Of a stretch of DNA of 53,639 nucleotides, positions 17,463 through 25,371 are shown piece after piece. A program made the position numbers and the translations under genes. The stretch is from an uncultured Flavobacteriia bacterium (GTDB taxonomy: Bacteria; Bacteroidota; Bacteroidia; Flavobacteriales_D; Crocinitomicaceae): contig CAISOQ010000203.1 of NCBI GenBank assembly GCA_903887095.1, positions 1 through 53,639 of the forward strand. The letters run 5' to 3'. Each line of letters opens with the position of its first letter. Positions within the stretch are counted from its first letter, which is position 1. The notes beneath the pieces were generated by a model. It had not been told where the DNA came from. It saw nothing but the letters and a program-made list of their open reading frames with translations, and did no database searches.

Positions 17463-19961
17463 TTAAAACCGAATGGCTAATCGAAGCAAGAAATTCCTTC
17501 CCGCCTGAGGATAATAAAAGTTCTCCGTAATTCGCTGCCCTCCAGAAATATACCCCCAGGTATACCCATTGTTTTGAAAAGAGCGATCTAGAAGATTATT
17601 GGCGAGCAGGCCAAGTTCTATGACACAAGAACCCTTGGTTCGAATGGTGTAACCCATCCGGATATTGGCCACGTGATAAGCGGCTATCGAGCGCGATTCC
17701 GATGAAGTGTTATCCAGATACTGTTTGCCTACATACTTATTGATAAGGGCAATTTCCAGATCTTTCAAGGGGCGGTAAGAAACCGTTAGTGAACCAATAA
17801 GATTGGGAGAAAAAGCGATGTCTGTATTGTTGTGTACGATCACCGTCTGTATCATATTGCCATTGGTGTCGTAGTTGTCGTAATTATCTACATATTCTCG
17901 AAAACTTCGGATATTATTTCTGCTTAGGGAAACATTACCCGCCAACTGCCACTTTTCAGTGATCTTGTAACCTGATTCAAATTCTAATCCAGTGCGATAG
18001 CTGCTTTCTACGTTTGTTCGTATATAGGCTCCAACATCATTGATCTCACCCGTGAGGATCAGTTGGTCCTTGTATTCCATCAAATAATAATTGGCATTCA
18101 GGAAAAATCGTTTGCCACGGTATCTGTAACCGGATTCAACGTTTATCAATCGCTCATGTTTTGGCCTACTATTCTGAGAACTCTGAACAAAATCGTCTCG
18201 TACGGGCTCTCTGTGCGCAACACTCACTGATGCGTAAAGATTGTTTTTATTATTGAGGTCATACATTAATCCTGCCTTGGGATTGAAAAATGTGAAATCC
18301 ACAGAATTCTTCTTAGCAGTCCCGTTGGTAAAGAATTCAACTGCCGATTCATAGGTATAATTAATTTGACGCAATTGTAGATCAGTAAACAAGTTTAACG
18401 CCTTGAACTGATAGTTGATCTTAACAAAACCGTTCACCTCCAGTTTCTGTGATGAATTCGTATAATAACGATCACCTAGTTCGCTTTGTGATGCATTACG
18501 CGCCCAGACAACTTCACCAAAGTGATCACCATCGTAATAATTCCACGCACTTCCTGCAAGGAGTGAAAGACCTTTTGTTCCCTTATAATCAAAGGTCAAT
18601 ACGGAACCGTAAAATATATTGTCAAGCCACCTTCTTCTAATCACATCTGTAGTACTTATGGTGTCTGAACCGGTAAACAGTGTGTCGAGGCCATAAAAAC
18701 TAAAATCCTCATTGCGACGGTATTGCTCGTAGTATCCTCGTCCTCGTGTGAGATGGCCCGAAAGGTTCATCGTTAATTTCGGATGCATCGTCTGCGTGTA
18801 GTGCAATTGATAGTGGTCTTGTTGATAATTGTCAGTTTCATTTTCATATGAGTAATAGTTATACGTGTTTGGATTACTCGAGAAGAGATTCGCTGAATCC
18901 TGCGGTGTTTCATATAGTCCACCAGGATAATAGTTGTTGTAAAAATGCGAAAGCAGGCTGTCTTGGTCACCAGAAAGTTTTGCTCCTGGAATACCATACC
19001 ATGCCTGATAAGTTTTCTCCACACCACTGAAAACATTGGCCTTCAAAACGGCATTTTTACCAATGATTGCTCCTGAAAGGTAAAAGGATTTTAAATCAGA
19101 CGACGCACGGTCTATGAATCCATCCGAATTGATTCTTGAAAGCCGTGCATCGAGCGTAAATCTTCCATCGATCAATCCCGTTCCTGCCTTGACGGTATTT
19201 CGAAAGGTATTGAAGGAGCCAACGGAATTATCGAGCTCTGCATAAGCAGTTTTCCGAATATTGTCTGTTTTGATGTTGATGCTCGAGCCAAATGCTGCTG
19301 CGCCGTTGGATGAGGTGCCAACTCCCCGTTGCACTTGAATGTTCTCAGCGGAAGAGGCAAAGTCGGGCATGTTGACCCAAAACACGCCATGTGATTCACT
19401 GTCATTCAATGGGATTCCATTCACGGTGACGTTCGTTCGGGTGGGATCAACACCTCGAATACGAATGCCTGTATAACCTATTCCAGCGCCAGCATCTGAG
19501 GTAACCACCGTGGAGGGCGTTCCATCCAAAAGGAAGGGCAAATCCTGACCAAAATTCAGTTGACGGATCTCTTTGGTGTTCAGATTCGTATAGGTCGTCG
19601 GGGTTTTATCTGATGCTCGAACGGCTGAAACCTGCACCTCTTCGATGGTTACGGCCGAACGACTGATCGAAATGGTCAGTTGAACATCCTTATCCGCTAC
19701 AATTACATTTTCAAGATGTTCTTCAAATCCAGGTCGATTGAATTCTAGACTGTAGGATCCGTTTGTGAGTTTCTTGAAGACAAATTCACCTGATGAATTG
19801 CTGTTGGTTTTGTAATACGTTTCGGAGATACTCACACTCACGTCTGACAACGGACTTCCATCAGAGGAAACCACCTTCCCTCGAACGGAATGCTGCCCAT
19901 ACAAAGATCCAGCAGCGATTAACAAAACACTTAGTACTGAAATTCTTGTTTTCATTTTCAT
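17463..19961 (-). CDS. TonB-dependent outer-membrane receptor with an N-terminal carboxypeptidase-regulatory-like domain; predicted thiamine-related uptake
   Basis: Signal peptide, CarbopepD_reg-like VRGKVVSSDGSPLSDVSVSI, a plug region (TNLNTKEI..DLPFLL, IRIRGV), a long beta-barrel and the terminal ...LRLAIRF. A TPP riboswitch lies immediately upstream. Confidence 0.9.
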   Translation of the reverse strand: MKMKTRISVLSVLLIAAGSLYGQHSVRGKVVSSDGSPLSDVSVSISETYYKTNSNSSGEFVFKKLTNGSYSLEFNRPGFEEHLENVIVADKDVQLTISISRSAVTIEEVQVSAVRASDKTPTTYTNLNTKEIRQLNFGQDLPFLLDGTPSTVVTSDAGAGIGYTGIRIRGVDPTRTNVTVNGIPLNDSESHGVFWVNMPDFASSAENIQVQRGVGTSSNGAAAFGSSINIKTDNIRKTAYAELDNSVGSFNTFRNTVKAGTGLIDGRFTLDARLSRINSDGFIDRASSDLKSFYLSGAIIGKNAVLKANVFSGVEKTYQAWYGIPGAKLSGDQDSLLSHFYNNYYPGGLYETPQDSANLFSSNPNTYNYYSYENETDNYQQDHYQLHYTQTMHPKLTMNLSGHLTRGRGYYEQYRRNEDFSFYGLDTLFTGSDTISTTDVIRRRWLDNIFYGSVLTFDYKGTKGLSLLAGSAWNYYDGDHFGEVVWARNASQSELGDRYYTNSSQKLEVNGFVKINYQFKALNLFTDLQLRQINYTYESAVEFFTNGTAKKNSVDFTFFNPKAGLMYDLNNKNNLYASVSVAHREPVRDDFVQSSQNSRPKHERLINVESGYRYRGKRFFLNANYYLMEYKDQLILTGEINDVGAYIRTNVESSYRTGLEFESGYKITEKWQLAGNVSLSRNNIRSFREYVDNYDNYDTNGNMIQTVIVHNNTDIAFSPNLIGSLTVSYRPLKDLEIALINKYVGKQYLDNTSSESRSIAAYHVANIRMGYTIRTKGSCVIELGLLANNLLDRSFQNNGYTWGYISGGQRITENFYYPQAGRNFLLRLAIRF

Positions 19962-20019
19962 TGAAATTTAACAAGAACAAGGGGCTAATTCTCTGATTGT
20001 GAATAATTAGCATTTGTAT

Positions 20020-20108
20020 CATCTTCCCTTCGCAGGCATTATCCTGACAGGTTCAATGGGTATAATCTCAGCCTCGGAAAAATCGAGGCACCCCTTAGAG
20101 ACAGCACA
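20020..20108 (-). promoter_or_regulatory. TPP (THI-box) riboswitch aptamer
   Basis: The minus strand reads AAGGGGTGCCTCGATTTTTCCGAGGCTGAGATTATACCCATTGAACCTGTCAGGATAATGCCTGCGAAGGGAAG. This matches the conserved GGGGUGC..GCUGAGA..ACCC..AACCUGAUC(U)GGAUAAUGCC(A)GCG.AGGGAA core. Confidence 0.93.
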
Positions 20109-20126
20109 AAAATACTGCAGAATAAT

Positions 20127-20639
20127 TTAAATTGATGCGTTGATAAGTTGATTTATTTTTTGTGAGCAAAAATCCACCCGGCTTTTTACACTTCCTTCAA
20201 GAATCGAAAAATTTCGATTTCTCATTTCGAGTTCATTTCTATATCGCTCGAATAATTCATTACGATCGTGTGGATTTTCTCTAAGATCATCTTCTTCCCA
20301 GGGAATGTCGGGTCTGCACAAGAAATAATAATCGAATTGTTGTTCATCATAACATTTCAAAATAGCATTGCTCACATGTTGGTATTTCACTTCTGACCAA
20401 ATTTTTAAAACGGTCATTTCTGTATCGCAAATCAATAAATCACAGTGCTGATCCTTCCATTTATTAGTTTGTCCGACAGCAATTTTATCGAGATCTTCTA
20501 AGTTGTATTTCCCGTTATTTTGAATTAGGTATTCACGAGCATATTCTTCAATCCATGTTGCTTTGAACTGATTAGCGACTAATTTACTAATCGTGGTTTT
20601 TCCGCTTGATTCTGGTCCAGTAAAAGCCACACGAATCAT
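20127..20639 (-). CDS. P-loop ATPase/kinase related to the NadR ribosylnicotinamide-kinase domain
   Basis: VAFTGPESSGKTTISKLVA..WIEEYAREYL resembles the NadR C-terminal (AAA_28) kinase domain. It overlaps pnuC by 4 nt (ATGA). Confidence 0.7.
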   Translation of the reverse strand: MIRVAFTGPESSGKTTISKLVANQFKATWIEEYAREYLIQNNGKYNLEDLDKIAVGQTNKWKDQHCDLLICDTEMTVLKIWSEVKYQHVSNAILKCYDEQQFDYYFLCRPDIPWEEDDLRENPHDRNELFERYRNELEMRNRNFSILEGSVKSRVDFCSQKINQLINASI

Positions 20640-21232
20640 TGTGTTCTCAAAATTTTACGCCACTTGAAATAACCAAATACCGAGGATATGGTTAACGATA
20701 GATACATGATGGAAGTGAGGCTTAATGAATTACTCCAGAATAAATACATTGCGACAATATCCACAATGATCCAGTAGATCCAGTTTTCCAAAACTTTGAT
20801 TGTGACAAGATAGGTTGTTGTCAAACTGAAAGACGTTGCAAAAGCATCAGCGTACGGACTGGCTTGGTTGGTATAATTATCAAAAACAAAACCAAGAATA
20901 AGAAAAAGAATGGTGCTGACAAGGATGTTTAAAAGGTGTTTTTTTAGAGGCCACTTGATAATTGGAGAATCATTGTCTTTGGAATCCTCAGTCCACATAT
21001 ACCAGCCATAAAAAGCCATAATCAAATAAAACAGTTGCAGTCCTGTTTCGATGTAAAGTTGACTGATGTAACAAATAAAAATATAAAGCATTGAGCTAAT
21101 AGCCCCAAACAACCAACCAATTGTTTTCTTGAATGATATGAATACGATATACAAAATTGCTGTGAAAACAGCAAAGCCTTCTAAAAAGTCGGTTGCACGC
21201 AAGTCCTCAATTAGTGTTTTCCAAATTTCCAT
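20636..21232 (-). CDS. pnuC: PnuC-family vitamin (nicotinamide riboside or thiamine) transporter
   Basis: Seven hydrophobic helices with PnuC-like motifs (LFYLIMAFYGWYMW, KVLENWIYWIIVD, SVFGYFKWRK). The substrate cannot be set from sequence alone. Confidence 0.8.
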   Translation of the reverse strand: MEIWKTLIEDLRATDFLEGFAVFTAILYIVFISFKKTIGWLFGAISSMLYIFICYISQLYIETGLQLFYLIMAFYGWYMWTEDSKDNDSPIIKWPLKKHLLNILVSTILFLILGFVFDNYTNQASPYADAFATSFSLTTTYLVTIKVLENWIYWIIVDIVAMYLFWSNSLSLTSIMYLSLTISSVFGYFKWRKILRTQ

Positions 21233-21335
21233 ATCAGTACAAATTTGTTAAAATATTTCATCGTTATGCGCAGCGAATGCCTATCAATTGTAAACATTTT
21301 TCTAACCATCCTTTTTCTCTGTATCTTTGCATAAG

Positions 21336-22553
21336 ATGAAATTTAACGAATTAGGACTAAACCCATCCTTGCTTGAAGCAATTGAGCACATGGGATTCCA
21401 TACAGCCACACCCATACAAGAAAGAGCAATTCCACGTATTCTAGAAAACCGAGATCTTATCGCATGCGCTCAAACAGGTACTGGAAAGACTGCCGCATTT
21501 ATCTTGCCAATACTTCATAAACTCACGGGTAAGGAGGATACTTCAATTAATACATTGGTGCTTGTTCCCACAAGAGAACTTGCCACACAGATTGACCAGG
21601 AAATACAGGGGTTGTCCTATTTTGTTTCGGTGGGATCTATGGCCCTATATGGCGGTGGTTCAGGGAAAGATTGGGAAGAACAAAAATCCATGTTGAAAGA
21701 AGGAATGGATATCGTGGTTGCTACCCCAGGCAAACTGCTTTCTCATATTGCGCAAGGCTATGTTGATTTCTCAAAATTGAAACATTTGGTGCTTGATGAG
21801 GCTGACAAAATGTTGGACATGGGGTTCATGGATGACATACTTAGAATTATTGGAGAGTTACCGAAAGAGCGACAAACGTTGATGTTTAGTGCTACGATGC
21901 CACAAAAAATTCGTGACCTGGCTAAAAAAATTCTAACAGATCCAGAGGAAATTACCTTGGAAGTATCGAAACCGGCAGCAGGTGTTAAACAATCTGTATA
22001 TTTTGCTTTTGACAATCAAAAGGTACCTTTAATCGCAGAGCTATTAGCTGAAAGAACTGAATACAATAGCATCATCATTTTCACATCCTCTAAAAGCAAG
22101 GTGAATGAAATAGTCTATTCTTTGAAGAAGAGTGGTTTTAAAGCCTATGGTGTGTCTTCCAATTTGCAGCAAGATCAACGGGAAGAAATTTTGCGGGGAT
22201 TTAGATCAAAAAGAATTCGAATTGTCGTTGCTACGGATGTCATGGCCAGAGGGATTGATATTAAAGAGATAAACTTGGTCATAAATTTTGACACACCTTT
22301 TGATGCCGAAGACTATGTACACAGGGTAGGGAGAACTGCCCGCGCAAATACCAAAGGCGAGGCCATTACCTTGGTGAATGAGAAAGATATGCGGAAATTG
22401 GTGCAGATTGAACGATTGATTGAAGCAGAAATTCCCAGACTTACTTTACCGGAAGTCCTAGGTGACGGACCAGAATTCAAAATTGCACCCAAACAAAAAA
22501 AGAAGCCCTTTCGTAAGAAGCCGTTTACACAAAAAAAAGAAGCGGGGAAATAA
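21336..22553 (+). CDS. DEAD-box ATP-dependent RNA helicase with a basic C-terminal tail
   Basis: Q motif (F.ELGL...TPIQ), AQTGTGKT, DEAD (VLDEADKML), SAT and HRVGRTAR. The track start at 21327 is TTG. The ATG is at 21336. Confidence 0.93.
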   Translation: MKFNELGLNPSLLEAIEHMGFHTATPIQERAIPRILENRDLIACAQTGTGKTAAFILPILHKLTGKEDTSINTLVLVPTRELATQIDQEIQGLSYFVSVGSMALYGGGSGKDWEEQKSMLKEGMDIVVATPGKLLSHIAQGYVDFSKLKHLVLDEADKMLDMGFMDDILRIIGELPKERQTLMFSATMPQKIRDLAKKILTDPEEITLEVSKPAAGVKQSVYFAFDNQKVPLIAELLAERTEYNSIIIFTSSKSKVNEIVYSLKKSGFKAYGVSSNLQQDQREEILRGFRSKRIRIVVATDVMARGIDIKEINLVINFDTPFDAEDYVHRVGRTARANTKGEAITLVNEKDMRKLVQIERLIEAEIPRLTLPEVLGDGPEFKIAPKQKKKPFRKKPFTQKKEAGK

Positions 22554-22610
22554 TTTCTAGTTGACTATTTATCGTCTTTCAATGTATTCGTTACCTTTAC
22601 CTTACGCTGC

Positions 22611-24533
22611 ATGAAAGAAACCTCATTCATTGAACAAAATCGGAAAAAGTGGGACCGCTTTGAGAAGCTTTATGCCTCAAAATCTGAGGACCCAGAGGAA
22701 TTGAGTGATCTTTATATGGATATCACGAATGATTTAGGTTATGCCCAAACATTTTACAAAAGAAGAACGGTACGAGTTTACTTGAATCAATTAGCACAGA
22801 AGGTTTTTTCAGGTGTGCACAAGCAAAAAGGAGAACCGTTGAAGAAACTGTTGCAAGTTTGGCAAGTTTCTCTTCCACTTGAAATTTACAGGTCAAGGAA
22901 AAATTTACTCTTTGCACTCATTGCCTTTTTAGTTTATGCCATTCTTGGTGCGGTTACTACCTCTATTAATCCTGACTTTCCTCGAATTGTTTTAGGCGAT
23001 GGATATGTAGAGATGACGCTTGAAAATATTGCAAAGGGAAATCCATTGGGTGTATATGAGTCTGATGATCAAACAGCTATGTTTATACGGATTACGACCA
23101 ACAATTTAAAAGTTGCTTTTTTGACTTTTTTTGTGGGATTTTTTTTCACGATTGGCACGCACCTACTTTTATTCTCTAATGGTGTCATGTTGGGGTCCTT
23201 TCAAAGTTACTTTTATACGAAGGGGCTGCTACTAACTAGTTTTTTGGGAATTTGGATTCATGGTGCTTTTGAAATTTCTTCCATTGTGCTAGCAGGTGGC
23301 GCAGGAATAACTGTTGGAAGCGGATTACTCTTTCCAGGCTCTTACAGCAGGTTGCAAGCACTTCAATTATCAGCCAAACGAGGACTTAAAATTATGTTAA
23401 GTCTTGTGCCTTTCATTATTGCAGCTGGTTTTCTTGAAAGTTTTGTTACCCAAAATTATGATGTGCTTCCAGATTGGTCGAAATGGCTAATCATCGCTTT
23501 TTCTTTCTCAATGATTCTCTTTGTTTATGTAATTTATCCAATAATCGTTGCACGCAAATACCCACATTTGATAGAAAATGAAGAATTATTCGCTAGAAAA
23601 GAGAGGAAAGAATGGTCGCTTTATAAGTTGAGAAACACAGGGGATATTCTTTTTGATTCCTTTCAATTTTATCGTCTGAATTTCGGAAAATTCATACGAC
23701 CAATCATTTCTTTTGTTTTACCATTGGTATTGATTTTAGTAGCCATTCAAGATTATTCAAGAATCGATGATTTAGAAATTGAGCATTGGTTTGATTGGAT
23801 GGGACAACTAACCGTGATGATGGGTTTTGATTTTGTTTCTATTCGAGATGTTGTAATTGCCTTCTCATGGACTTTTGTCTTTTCATTTATTTTCCTCTCG
23901 GTGTTTTGGACTTTTTTATCCATAGACAGCGAATTCAAAACAAAAGATTTTATGCTATTTGTAAGAAAAAAATTAATGCAGGTTTGGTTGGCGAATTTAT
24001 TACTTTATATCGTTGTCTTTTGCTTGCCTTGGTATCTTCTTTTAGGCGCAATTTTGCTTGTTCCATTGATCAGTTTACTTGGACCTACAGTAGTGTTTTA
24101 TGAAAATGGAACATTAAAAGAAAAACTATCAAAGGGCTTTCGTTTTGGAACGGGAAGTTTCGGAAATATGCTAATTTCCCTTATCGTTACCGTGCTTTTA
24201 ATTTGTTTGTTAATGCAGCCTTTTGCTTTGGTTTTTAGCATTCACAATGAATACACGAATAAACCTCAAATAAAGGATTTGCTCGACATGTTTGTCGAAA
24301 CAGCAAGGCGATTCTTTGAATTGTATTCTGAAAATGCTGTGGTCTACGGAAATATAATTAGACAAATTTTTTACCTGACATTTATATTCATATTGGTACC
24401 GTTTTTTGCTGTACTTGCGGGCGTTTGTTACTTTTCTGAAGTTGAGAAAAAGGAAGCGAGATCGCTGAAGCAGGCATTTCAGCAATTTGGTAAAACAAAC
24501 CGTTACAAAGAGTCAAAAGAAGATTTTGAATAA
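22611..24533 (+). CDS. Polytopic membrane protein: SpoIIM-like (DUF95) N-terminal half fused to a second multi-TM module
   Basis: The N-terminal ~330 aa resemble the stage II sporulation protein M family (cytoplasmic helical head MKETSFIEQNRKKWDRFEKLY, then 5-6 TM). The C-terminal ~300 aa add more TM helices. Confidence 0.6.
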   Translation: MKETSFIEQNRKKWDRFEKLYASKSEDPEELSDLYMDITNDLGYAQTFYKRRTVRVYLNQLAQKVFSGVHKQKGEPLKKLLQVWQVSLPLEIYRSRKNLLFALIAFLVYAILGAVTTSINPDFPRIVLGDGYVEMTLENIAKGNPLGVYESDDQTAMFIRITTNNLKVAFLTFFVGFFFTIGTHLLLFSNGVMLGSFQSYFYTKGLLLTSFLGIWIHGAFEISSIVLAGGAGITVGSGLLFPGSYSRLQALQLSAKRGLKIMLSLVPFIIAAGFLESFVTQNYDVLPDWSKWLIIAFSFSMILFVYVIYPIIVARKYPHLIENEELFARKERKEWSLYKLRNTGDILFDSFQFYRLNFGKFIRPIISFVLPLVLILVAIQDYSRIDDLEIEHWFDWMGQLTVMMGFDFVSIRDVVIAFSWTFVFSFIFLSVFWTFLSIDSEFKTKDFMLFVRKKLMQVWLANLLLYIVVFCLPWYLLLGAILLVPLISLLGPTVVFYENGTLKEKLSKGFRFGTGSFGNMLISLIVTVLLICLLMQPFALVFSIHNEYTNKPQIKDLLDMFVETARRFFELYSENAVVYGNIIRQIFYLTFIFILVPFFAVLAGVCYFSEVEKKEARSLKQAFQQFGKTNRYKESKEDFE

Positions 24534-25371
24534 ACAGTTGCAAATAGTTCTTTTCCTTTTTTTGAGTTGTTTTTCAATGGCTCAGGAATCTTCTGCTGGA
24601 AAAGAAATTATTGAATACCGCAAAGATAAATCGTACAAAGGACCACAAGAATGGGAAAATTATGGCCCAGCTGCAATCAGATGGTATGACAACACCTATG
24701 AGGGCTCAACAGATCAGGGGGGCGAGGGCATCAGTGATGATGATGCAATGATTGACAGGGATCGATTCAATAGATATGGTGACAATGGTTCGGGTGACCT
24801 TGATAAGGGTCCGATGATTAAAAAACCAGAACCTGTTGAATTGCCGGATATTGATGTGCCAGACTATGAAGGTCCTGATTTGTTGCCTGATGTCGATTTA
24901 TCTGATAGCTCTCCAAATTTTTGGAAAACACTGCTTTTTCTCCTCTTGTTTATTGCTGTTATCGTTGGCGTATATTTTTGGTTAAAAAACCACTCGCCAC
25001 GAGCAAATGCCGCCCTGACTTCAGAGGAGTTGGAGTGGAATCCTGAATTAGTCACACAAAGTGAGTTGGATCGCCTTTTAGAGAAAGCACTTAATGAAGA
25101 AAGATACAGGGAAGCAATCCGGATTTATTTTACTGCCATCTTGAAGGAATTGATTCGTTTGAAATTGATTCGTTGGAAAAAAGAAAAAACCAACCATCAT
25201 TATCAGCTTGAATTGACAGGAAAAAGCATGCATGAAAATTTTTCAAAATGCGTGAATGTTTATGAATTGGTGTGGTATGGAAAATACGAGATCAACCAAG
25301 TTGTATTTAATGAATTAAAGCCAACATTGCATTTGTTTTACCAGCAATTAACGGAGTTAAATGTCGAATAA
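24526..25371 (+). CDS. DUF4129 domain membrane protein
   Basis: The C-terminal region EERYREAIRIYFTAILKELIRLKLIRWKKEKTNHHY...YELVWYGKYE fits the DUF4129 pattern, with one central TM. The start is uncertain: TTG 24487 (track), TTG 24526 (gives a signal-like N-terminus) or ATG 24577. Confidence 0.6.
   Translation: MNKQLQIVLFLFLSCFSMAQESSAGKEIIEYRKDKSYKGPQEWENYGPAAIRWYDNTYEGSTDQGGEGISDDDAMIDRDRFNRYGDNGSGDLDKGPMIKKPEPVELPDIDVPDYEGPDLLPDVDLSDSSPNFWKTLLFLLLFIAVIVGVYFWLKNHSPRANAALTSEELEWNPELVTQSELDRLLEKALNEERYREAIRIYFTAILKELIRLKLIRWKKEKTNHHYQLELTGKSMHENFSKCVNVYELVWYGKYEINQVVFNELKPTLHLFYQQLTELNVE

Noticed and set aside
21288-21329. A full -33/-7 promoter for the DEAD-box helicase gene.
   Set aside because: The TATCTTTG box is exact, but the nearest upstream TTG is 31 nt away (19 expected) and the box ends 6 nt from the ATG. 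It could be a chance match, so it is reported only within a finding.
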